From contig JARVKA010000003.1 in NCBI GenBank assembly GCA_029775915.1, positions 76,997 through 140,996 on the forward strand: a DNA stretch of 64,000 nt, written 5' to 3'. The notes under the pieces are model-generated. The model saw only the letters and a program-made list of their open reading frames with translations, did no database searches and was not told the DNA's origin. Both the position numbers and the translations under genes were made by a program. This document shows positions 37,397 through 45,560 of this stretch, in pieces. How positions within the stretch are numbered: position 1 is the first letter of the stretch; each line of letters opens with the position of its first letter. This stretch comes from Nitrososphaeria archaeon (GTDB taxonomy: Archaea > Thermoproteota > Nitrososphaeria > Nitrososphaerales > JANXEG01).

Positions 37397-38644
37397 TTGG
37401 TGGAGTTGCTAACACAACTCATCGATTTAATGAAGAGTGAGATTTTACTCGTTAAAGGGCCAGCTTCAGTAAAGGTGAAGAGTGGAGAGGTATCAGTTTT
37501 AGGATTACCTTTGAAAATCAATCAAGTAGTTGTAGTTAGAAAGAATAAAGTTTTGCCATTTGAGTTGATTAATGACTCATCAATCATAATTACACTAGGT
37601 GAGAATGGTGATTATAGTGTTGAGCAAGGTAATGTAGGGACTAAAATATGGGATAGCGTAGTGAATAGAGTATTTATGAATAAAACTTTACCGAGAAAGG
37701 TAATATTAATAGGTGAGACAGATTCGGGCAAATCTACTTTAGCCACTTATCTTATCAATCTCGCTTTATCTAAAGGTTTGAGAGTAGGTATTGTAGATGG
37801 TGATGTTGGGCAGAATGATTTAGGCCCTCCGGGTAGCGTATGTGCTAAAATTGTGGAAAAGCCTATTTTTGATTTGCGTGATCTCTCTGCAGATCGATTA
37901 AACTTCATTGGTGTAACTTCACCAAGGTATAAAATGGTTGAAAATATTTTAATGAATTCATTAAGTGATTTAGTTAACGATATTTCAAGAGTTGTGGATT
38001 TATGCATAATCAATACAGATGGTTATGTGAGTGAAGGTGGTATTGAGTATAAATTGAATTTAGTGAATAATTTAAAGCCAGATTTAATAATTTATTTAAA
38101 AAGTATTGAGGGTGGGTTTGAGCTTTACAAAAGGCTTATTGAGTATTTAAGTTTGGATAAAGTTATGGTTGCTGAAAGGTCTAAAAAGTTTGTAAAAAGT
38201 CGTTCAGAAAGGATTGAAAGAAGAGTGAGTCAATACCATAAATTTTTGAGAGATAGTAAGAGAATTAAGATTAATCTCAACTCATTAAAGTTAAATTTTT
38301 TAGGCAATATTTATAGTGAGAATCAAATAATATCTGAAGGTTTAATGAAAATTGGGAGTAATGGTTCTTTAATTATTAATCAAAGTATGAGTGAAAATGT
38401 GATTAAAATTCAAGATAATTATAAAATCGTGCTTATGAGTCGAGCATCTTTACAAGGTATGTTTATAGCTTTAGGTATTAAAGATTGTGTAAAAGGATTT
38501 GGAATTATTCAAAGAGTATTTCCAAATTTTGATACTAACATACTTACACCAATTGAAGATGAGTTTGACTTAATCTTTCTCAGTTTGATTAATCTTGCAC
38601 CAAATCTTAGAGAAGAATATATCATACCTATTGTATTTAGTTAA
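37397..38644 (+). CDS. Clp1/Grc3-family polynucleotide 5'-kinase
   Basis: P-loop LIGETDSGKSTLATYL followed by GIVDGDVGQNDLGPPGSV. Alternative (TTG/GTG) start. Confidence 0.75.
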   Translation: MVELLTQLIDLMKSEILLVKGPASVKVKSGEVSVLGLPLKINQVVVVRKNKVLPFELINDSSIIITLGENGDYSVEQGNVGTKIWDSVVNRVFMNKTLPRKVILIGETDSGKSTLATYLINLALSKGLRVGIVDGDVGQNDLGPPGSVCAKIVEKPIFDLRDLSADRLNFIGVTSPRYKMVENILMNSLSDLVNDISRVVDLCIINTDGYVSEGGIEYKLNLVNNLKPDLIIYLKSIEGGFELYKRLIEYLSLDKVMVAERSKKFVKSRSERIERRVSQYHKFLRDSKRIKINLNSLKLNFLGNIYSENQIISEGLMKIGSNGSLIINQSMSENVIKIQDNYKIVLMSRASLQGMFIALGIKDCVKGFGIIQRVFPNFDTNILTPIEDEFDLIFLSLINLAPNLREEYIIPIVFS

Positions 38645-38692
38645 TTTTATGAAAAGATTTTTGCAAAAACTCTTTTTAAATAAAAGTTTAAA

Positions 38693-39040
38693 TTATCCAC
38701 AATGGTGAATACTCAACCAAACCTTATAGTATTTGTCATTGTATTTAACTATACGTGATTCATAATTGATTAAATCCTTCGGCTTTATTTGCAAAAGTTT
38801 TGCTATTTCTTCAGCCTCATCTTTAGTTACACTTACATCACCGGGTGCTAAAAAAAGCTTGTAATACTTTTCAGGATAGCGTGAGATTACATCTTGATAC
38901 TTATTATCTGCTTCTTGAAGTGCTTCTTTAAGCTTTGCATAATTATTTAAAACTTTATCATCTAATATAAGAGGCTTATCTTTGAATCTTTTACGCCTCA
39001 TCGCTTTTAATAATAATTGGCCTTTAATAACTTGCTCCAT
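38693..39040 (-). CDS. Hypothetical protein
   Basis: A 115-aa ORF with no recognisable motif. It has coding-like composition and is co-directional with the membrane protein upstream. Confidence 0.4.
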   Translation of the reverse strand: MEQVIKGQLLLKAMRRKRFKDKPLILDDKVLNNYAKLKEALQEADNKYQDVISRYPEKYYKLFLAPGDVSVTKDEAEEIAKLLQIKPKDLINYESRIVKYNDKYYKVWLSIHHCG

Positions 39041-39104
39041 AACAACAAAAAATTAAAGGTTGTAATAAATAGGTCTTACGGAAAAATTGAATTTACAATT
39101 AAAC

Positions 39105-39854
39105 TTATTCAATGGGAATATCCGTATAAACCTTTAAAGATTTAATAGCTTTTAATAAAGGAGTTCCTATTAATGTAGTTATTAAAATAATTAAAAATCG
39201 TTCAAATGGGTAAATGAAAAAAATACTAAACCATAACTTTGGCCATGCTTCAATTTTTATAACTTGAAGAATTAAGCCAAAAACCGTTTCAAAAAGAATA
39301 CTGCCAGTAAGATGTTGTATCATAGTGCCAATAAAAGAGAGAATAAAAATACCTCGTGCAAGTTGAATCGTTGAGTTACTTTTAACCCATAATACTGACC
39401 ATTTACCAAATGGTGAAATTAATATAATAAAAGATAGAATATGAAGCCAATTATAAAGCATTGGTATATTATTGAAAAATGGTAAGTGAACAATAACAAG
39501 GCTTAAAGGATGAATAGCATAAATAATAAGAATAATGAGAAAAAGTGATAATACGTAAATTCGCTTACCAATCATTAAAAAGCCTAATGTTATTGCATTT
39601 AATGCTCCAGGTAAAAAATCTAAACCGAGAAAGATTAATTGCCTTCCTAAAAGAATTGATAAATAAGTGCCTATAATAATGCTGAGTGGGCCGATTAAAG
39701 GTCCGAATACAATACCATATAAAGGTGCAAGAATATCTGATGCAGTAAATGTAGTTGCTATGCCAATCATAGGGAAAGTTGGTATGAGTCGAATGATTGC
39801 ATATAAAACTGAGAAGGTCGATATGAAAGTTAGCGCTCTTTTTTTATTACTCAA
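39105..39854 (-). CDS. Polytopic membrane protein (about 6-7 TM), family unknown
   Basis: Hydrophobic throughout (e.g. ILAPLYGIVFGPLIGPLSIIIGTYLSILLG). It may be an ECF S-component-like protein, but this is not established. Confidence 0.5.
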   Translation of the reverse strand: MSNKKRALTFISTFSVLYAIIRLIPTFPMIGIATTFTASDILAPLYGIVFGPLIGPLSIIIGTYLSILLGRQLIFLGLDFLPGALNAITLGFLMIGKRIYVLSLFLIILIIYAIHPLSLVIVHLPFFNNIPMLYNWLHILSFIILISPFGKWSVLWVKSNSTIQLARGIFILSFIGTMIQHLTGSILFETVFGLILQVIKIEAWPKLWFSIFFIYPFERFLIILITTLIGTPLLKAIKSLKVYTDIPIE

Positions 39855-40022
39855 TTTTCAAACCTCTTTTTATTCCAATATTGTTAAAGCTTAATAATTT
39901 TACTCATGCTAATATCTTCTCCTATCTTATTAAAATCTATTTCTCATTTGTTTTTTATTTTTATGTTTTTCTTATGCATTAAACCTTTATACCCTTAATG
40001 CTATTCTTAAATTAAGAACTTT

Positions 40023-40409
40023 ATGTCACATCTACATGAGGTTAACCTTTTAAAAAGAAGAGCTAAAGGATTTCTTGAGAGAGCTATTGATAGTTTAAAC
40101 TCAAGTTATTATGATTTAGCAGCTTTTTTATCTGAGCAAGCGGTTCAACTTTATTTAAAATCAATCCTTTTAGAAAAAGTTGGAGATTATCCACGCACAC
40201 ACTCAATCTCAACCATTTTATCAATTCTTAAAAGATTTTCAAATTGTGAGAATTTAATTAAACTTCTTGAGGAAAAAAAGCTTGAGGTAAGTTTAATGGA
40301 AGATGCATATATTGCTGCAAGATATTTTGTAAGAGAGTATTCAAAAAATGAAGCTGAGATTTTAATAAATTTAGCGAAAGAGGTTTTAAAGTATGGAGAA
40401 GTATGTTGA
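40023..40409 (+). CDS. HEPN-domain protein (toxin-like partner of MNT)
   Basis: 128 aa, helical, with the R-x-H motif in DYPRTHSI. It overlaps the MNT gene by 17 nt. Confidence 0.75.
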   Translation: MSHLHEVNLLKRRAKGFLERAIDSLNSSYYDLAAFLSEQAVQLYLKSILLEKVGDYPRTHSISTILSILKRFSNCENLIKLLEEKKLEVSLMEDAYIAARYFVREYSKNEAEILINLAKEVLKYGEVC

Positions 40410-40749
40410 TATTTTATTTAAGAGAGTTGAGATGATTAAGAATTGGAAAGAGTATGTGATTAATATTTATTTTGCTGTGAAAAAAATTTTGCCTAATGCA
40501 AGCGTGTATATCTTTGGTAGTGTTGTAAAAAATGAGATTGTTGGAGGTAGTGATATAGATATACTTATAATCTCAAAAAGTATTCAAAAGGAGAATTTGG
40601 AAAGAGTTAAAATAAAGAGGAAAATAGAAGAGTTAACAAACCTTCCTCCATATCACCCATTTGAATTTCATATAGTTAATGAAGATGAGGCGAAGCTTTA
40701 TTTTAAGAAGATAAAAGAGTTAAAGAGAGTTAATGATTTAATCAATTAG
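40393..40749 (+). CDS. Minimal nucleotidyltransferase (MNT)
   Basis: IFGSVVKNEIVGGSDIDILI gives the GS...DxD signature. Confidence 0.8.
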   Translation: MEKYVDILFKRVEMIKNWKEYVINIYFAVKKILPNASVYIFGSVVKNEIVGGSDIDILIISKSIQKENLERVKIKRKIEELTNLPPYHPFEFHIVNEDEAKLYFKKIKELKRVNDLIN

Positions 40750-40959
40750 TGTAAGTGAGCAAGGAAAAATTTTATTTTCTTTGAAAAATCTAACACTAAA
40801 AATATTCAAAAATCTTGATAAAATTTCAACATTCGCATAGCGCTCTTATTTATTTTTATTCATTTGTAAAATAGGAATTCAAGTTTAGATGCAAAATATT
40901 ATCATTAAGAAAAATTAGGAAAACTTAAGAGTAAAATATGCAAACTTATATGAGTAGTA

Positions 40960-41661
40960 ATGGTATTAAGTAAAGTTCTTATTATAGCCCATAGAGGAGC
41001 TTCAGCATACGAACCTGAGAATACCTTGAGAGCTATAAAAAGAGCTATGGATTTAGGTGCAGATATGGTTGAGATTGATGTAAGAGCAACAAAAGATAAT
41101 CATATAATAGTTATGCATGATGAAACTGTGGATAGAACAACCAATGGGAAGGGTTATGTTAAGGATATGACTCTTAAGGAATTAAAAATGTTAAATGCAG
41201 GTTTAGGAGAGAGTATACCAACTCTTCAAGAAGTTATTCAATTCATTAAAGGAAGAGCAAAGCTTGTGATTGAGATAAAAGTTTTAGGGATTGAGAAAAA
41301 GGTTCTTGAAATAATTAATCAAAATGAGATGATTGATAAAGTTTTAATCACATCTTTTTATCACCCAATTTTAAAAAGTATTAAAGAAATTAATCCAAAG
41401 GTTCAAACTGGTGCTATTATATCATCACGCCCAATAAAACCTGCACAATTAGCCTTAGATGCTAAAGCTAATGCACTTTTACCAAGATACATTTATGTGG
41501 ATCCAGAGATGATTGATGATACTCATAAGCATGAATTAGTAATTTATCCTTGGACAGTTGATACTATAAATGAAATTAAAAAATTGATAAAAATGGGAGT
41601 GAATGGAATTGTTACTAATAAACCAGATATCGTTCAAATTGCTCAAACTAATTTGGAATAA
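40960..41661 (+). CDS. Glycerophosphodiester phosphodiesterase
   Basis: IIAHRGASAYEPENT, VEIDVRATKD, VMHDETVDRTTNG, IEIK, WTVD. Confidence 0.85.
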   Translation: MVLSKVLIIAHRGASAYEPENTLRAIKRAMDLGADMVEIDVRATKDNHIIVMHDETVDRTTNGKGYVKDMTLKELKMLNAGLGESIPTLQEVIQFIKGRAKLVIEIKVLGIEKKVLEIINQNEMIDKVLITSFYHPILKSIKEINPKVQTGAIISSRPIKPAQLALDAKANALLPRYIYVDPEMIDDTHKHELVIYPWTVDTINEIKKLIKMGVNGIVTNKPDIVQIAQTNLE

Positions 41662-41672
41662 GATTAAAGGGT

Positions 41673-42531
41673 TTAATCTTTAATCACTTTAGCTATATGA
41701 TAAAGATTTATAGCATCACTCCACGATACATCTCTGAGAATTGAGCTTTTAATCCAGCTCTCTTAACCGCTTTTTGCTAAAATTTTTGCAGATTCACCAC
41801 TTATGAATCCATTAAGCATTCCTTAATGATAATTTTAGCTTTACCATTGCAAATATTCTTTAATGTGTCAAATAATCTTCCAGCTTTAATATGAGGTTTG
41901 CAAAAGTATTTATTCGAATAATGCAATATTCGGGAATTTTATAATCTTCATAATCACCACCCATTATGAATTGTATAGATGGCTTAAAATTATCGATGCT
42001 CAATATGGTATTTAAAAGCATTATAAGCTTCTTTATAGCATTTTCACCCTTTTCTGAATAAGCACCATGAGCTAAAATACCACTCGCTTCAATATTCTAA
42101 TCCACCATAATGCAAATTAGTTATGGTTAAATCTGTTGGCTCCATAACAACCGCTTTTTCGGCTTTTGGGAGAAAAGTTCTGAACCTTACCACTCAATTC
42201 CTCATTATGAAAGAATGCAATACCAAAGTTTAATGAGCTTATATTAGCTAAAGCGAGAAGAATTGATGTTATGCAACCTTTAGCATTCACATACCCCAGT
42301 ACCGTAAGCGTATTCACCATCAAAGTAAAAAGGTGAGGTTATTTTAAAAGTATCGAGATGTGGGGTTACTAAAAATTCTTTTTAAGGTGAAATGAGAAGA
42401 TTTAAATCTTCAATGTAAGCATCATAACCCAAATCTTTCAAATAGCTTAAAAGATATTTTGCTAAAGATTCCTCATTCCTTGAAAGGGATTTTATATTAA
42501 CGAGATTTTTAAGAATTTGAAGCGTTTGCAC
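41673..42531 (-). pseudogene. M20-family deacylase (ArgE/LysK/DapE-like), multiply frameshifted and C-terminally truncated
   Basis: Own minus-strand translation needs at least 4 frame changes: VQTLQILKNLVNIKSLSRNEESLAKYLLSYLKDLGYDAYIE / KEFLVTPHLDT / FDGEYAYGTGVC / AKGCITSILLALANI...FFHNEELSGK / GSELF / AVVMEPTDLTITNLHYGGLEY / ILAHGAYSEKGENAIKKL. Track ORF 42117-42323 is one fragment. Confidence 0.7.
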
Positions 42532-42587
42532 AAAGAATATTTTAAAAATGAATAATTTTAAAAATAAAAATAAAAGCGTTTTATGAT

Positions 42588-43055
42588 TTGATGATGGAGA
42601 TTAGGAATATTAAAATCGATGATATAAACCGCTTTGTTAAGCTATATATTGAATCATACAAAGGTTTGGAAGAATATGCTTACACAAACGAGGGTGATAT
42701 AAAGCGTTATTTTAATTGGCTTCTTTCAAGAGATCCTTATGGATTTTTTATAATTGAAGATATTAATAAGCCAATAGGTGTGGTCGCATGTGATACCAAT
42801 TGGTTTAGCCAATTTGATAGTATTTTGGTAGGAGAGATTCATGAGATTTTTGTTTATCCAAGTTATAGAAGAAGAGGGATTGGAAGAATGCTTGTAGATA
42901 AAGCGATAGAATATGCTAAAGATAGAGGAAAAGAAAAGGTAGGCTTATGGGTAGGTGTGAAAAATTTAAGTGCGAAGGAATTTTATAAAAAACTCGGATT
43001 TATAGAGACTATTACATTGGGAAAATGGATTAGAATGATTAAAAAGATTATTTAA
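42588..43055 (+). CDS. GNAT-family N-acetyltransferase
   Basis: IHEIFVYPSYRRRGIGRMLVDKAIEYAK is the acetyl-CoA binding motif A. Confidence 0.8.
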   Translation: MMMEIRNIKIDDINRFVKLYIESYKGLEEYAYTNEGDIKRYFNWLLSRDPYGFFIIEDINKPIGVVACDTNWFSQFDSILVGEIHEIFVYPSYRRRGIGRMLVDKAIEYAKDRGKEKVGLWVGVKNLSAKEFYKKLGFIETITLGKWIRMIKKII

Positions 43056-43217
43056 AATTGATTTTTTATTAATTGTGATACTCATGCTCCATTTCATAAT
43101 ATATTCGGATTGGCAAAGTTTTTCAAATTCTATAAATTCATATAAAAGATACTTTAATTATCTTTTAACTTTAATTTGCAAAATTCATATTTTGTGGTAA
43201 AATTGGTTATCCATAAA

Positions 43218-43353
43218 TGGTGCTCCGGGCGGGATTTGAACCCGCGATCAACGGCTCGATTGGCCTCTTATCACATTCGTGATAAGATAAGGCCGTTATG
43301 CTATCGGACTTTTGTTATCTCCCCCTTTACAGACCGGGCTACACCACCGGAGC
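43218..43353 (-). tRNA. tRNA-Glu(UUC) with two introns (D-loop and anticodon loop), CCA encoded
   Basis: Minus strand: GCTCCGG TG GTGT AGCCCGGTC[~26-28 nt]..ATA GCAT A ACGGC CTT[AUCUUAUCACGAAUGUGAUAAGAGGCCAA]TCGA GCCGT TGATC GCGGG TTCAAAT CCCGC CCGGAGC A CCA. All stems pair. The acceptor and D arm match the archaeal tRNA-Glu consensus GCUCCGGUGGUGUAG. The 29-nt intron is at 43260-43288. Confidence 0.75.
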
Positions 43354-43595
43354 TAATTTTTTAAAAGTTTTTTTTGATATTAAAGTCTGTCTATTAAATA
43401 ATGAAGTTTTAACATCTTTAAAGGTTAACAAATATTTATAACTCCATCATTATTTATCCTTCATTAAGATTAATTCTCAACGAATATTGGAGTTGATAAA
43501 AACAAGGATATTGAAATACCAATTCATCCAATTTTTAACCAAAATATTAAATATCGTCCTTCACCTACCCATTATAACCAATGGAGTTTTAACAC

Positions 43596-44447
43596 ATGAA
43601 GAAAATTGAGAGGATGGATTTGATCGATGCGTTGTGGGAGAGAAGGAGAGATTCTTTAAAGAAGATAAATGAGGCTTTAGAGAAAGAGTTAGCAAAGTAT
43701 TCAAACTCATACCTTTATGAACCGCTCTCATATGCGGTATTGGATGGTAAGCGCCTCAGACCACTCATATTATTACTCTCTGTTGAGTGTATTGGTAATA
43801 GTAATATTGATCCTCTCCCAGCGGCTGTAGCTATAGAGTTACTGCATACTGAATCCATTATACATGATGATATTATCGATTGTGAAACTTTTAGGCGTGG
43901 GAAAAAAGCTTTTCATATTAAATATGGTTATGAAGCATCATTATTAACAGCTGATTTCATTTTAGCGATAATATTGGATATAGTATCAAGGTATAAAGAT
44001 TTTAGAATTGCTAAAGAATTATCTTTAGCGGCATTACGTATGTGTGAAGGTGAATTTTATGAATTAAAAATTAATTCAAACCCTCAATTGAATTTAAATG
44101 ATTACATAAATTTAATCTCACAAAAAACCGCTTCTTTATTCCAAGCTGCAGCGAGTATAGGTGGGATTATTGGAGGTGGTTGTGAAGAGGAGATAAATGC
44201 TTTATCGAATTATGGTCTTCAATTGGGTATCGCTTATCAAATTTCTGATGATCTTCTCGATTGGGATGATAAAAGTAAGATAGCAAAAGCTTTAATGTGT
44301 AATTTAAAAAATCCAATCACAAATTTAAAAAATTTAATCAAGCATTATGCTAAGAGCGCCAAGAATGAGCTTAAAATTCTTAAAGAAAGCAAATCAAAAG
44401 AAGATTTGATTCAATTGATTGAATTTATCATTGAGCGAAATCATTAA
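43596..44447 (+). CDS. Polyprenyl diphosphate synthase (second copy, short form)
   Basis: LLHTESIIHDDIIDCETFRRG (first DDxxD) and YQISDDLLD (second). Confidence 0.8.
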   Translation: MKKIERMDLIDALWERRRDSLKKINEALEKELAKYSNSYLYEPLSYAVLDGKRLRPLILLLSVECIGNSNIDPLPAAVAIELLHTESIIHDDIIDCETFRRGKKAFHIKYGYEASLLTADFILAIILDIVSRYKDFRIAKELSLAALRMCEGEFYELKINSNPQLNLNDYINLISQKTASLFQAAASIGGIIGGGCEEEINALSNYGLQLGIAYQISDDLLDWDDKSKIAKALMCNLKNPITNLKNLIKHYAKSAKNELKILKESKSKEDLIQLIEFIIERNH

Positions 44448-44481
44448 TATTAATTTTGTTTAAAATTAAATACGATTAGAG

Positions 44482-45486
44482 TTGAAAATCGGAATTGTAG
44501 GAATGGGTATCTCGGGCGCCTATCTTGCATCAAGGCTTAGTTTTGAGCATAAAGTTATTGGTTATGAAAGGTTTGAAAAAGATAAATTTGATTCAATATG
44601 CGCATGGGGTTCATCAAAGCATGTTATGCAAGAATTCGCAAAAAAGTGTGGATTAAATTTTGATAATTACATTTTGCATGAGGGTAAAAGGATGATTATC
44701 GATTTAGGTATTAATAGCTTTGAAATAAAGCTAAAGGGGCTTTGTGTATTCGATAAAGTCTCTTTTATTAAAAATTTGATAGGGAATGTAAATGTGAATT
44801 TTGGTAAATATATTACAAAAAACTCCTTAAATGATACTTATGATCTTATAATTGATGCTACAGGTGTTATACGCTCATTATTACCAAAAGTAAAGTATGA
44901 TTTACTAATACCTTGTGTGCAATATAAAGTGAAGTTTAAAAATCCACCTTATGATGATTTTTATGTAAAGCCTTTCACAACTGTTAGTGGATATCTTTGG
45001 TACTTTCCATTGGGGAATGGTTATGCGCATGTGGGCGCTGGTGATTATTATAAAAGGCATAATTTAGAGCTTGAGAATTTTCTCAATCGCTACCCTTGTG
45101 AAATTTTAAAGAAAGTTGGTAGACCTGTTAGAGTAACACCACCATTATTATGTGAACCTTTTTATCAAGATAATATTGTAGGCGTAGGTGAGGCTATTGG
45201 TACCGTTTACCCTATACTTGGAGAAGGTATTATACCGAGTTTACAATGTGCTGATTTACTCATAGAAAATATTTACAATTTACCTAAATATCGAAATGAG
45301 GTTTTAAAGATGTTTAAAATTTACAATATAATATACTCTATAATTAAATCAAAGCTCGATCAAAAATTCTCTTTAATTAAGAAAATCCCTTCATTATTGA
45401 GTTTATTTTTACATATGAAAAGAAATGAAGAGCGATATGGAATAAAAGTAAAAATGAGTTATATTACAAATGTTTTAAGAATTTAA
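44482..45486 (+). CDS. FAD/NAD(P)-binding oxidoreductase, geranylgeranyl-reductase-like
   Basis: An N-terminal dinucleotide fold (KIGIVGMGISGAYLASRL) and a ...VGEAIG... motif. TTG start. Confidence 0.55.
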   Translation: MKIGIVGMGISGAYLASRLSFEHKVIGYERFEKDKFDSICAWGSSKHVMQEFAKKCGLNFDNYILHEGKRMIIDLGINSFEIKLKGLCVFDKVSFIKNLIGNVNVNFGKYITKNSLNDTYDLIIDATGVIRSLLPKVKYDLLIPCVQYKVKFKNPPYDDFYVKPFTTVSGYLWYFPLGNGYAHVGAGDYYKRHNLELENFLNRYPCEILKKVGRPVRVTPPLLCEPFYQDNIVGVGEAIGTVYPILGEGIIPSLQCADLLIENIYNLPKYRNEVLKMFKIYNIIYSIIKSKLDQKFSLIKKIPSLLSLFLHMKRNEERYGIKVKMSYITNVLRI

Positions 45487-45560
45487 TCTCCATTAATTCA
45501 TTTTCAAGAATCCTTACATCAAAACGAAAATATTTTTAATAAGTATTAACCACGCTAGAT

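Noticed and set aside
43176-43364. 62-aa plus-strand ORF
   Set aside because: It is simply the antisense reading of the intron-containing tRNA-Glu gene (43218-43353).
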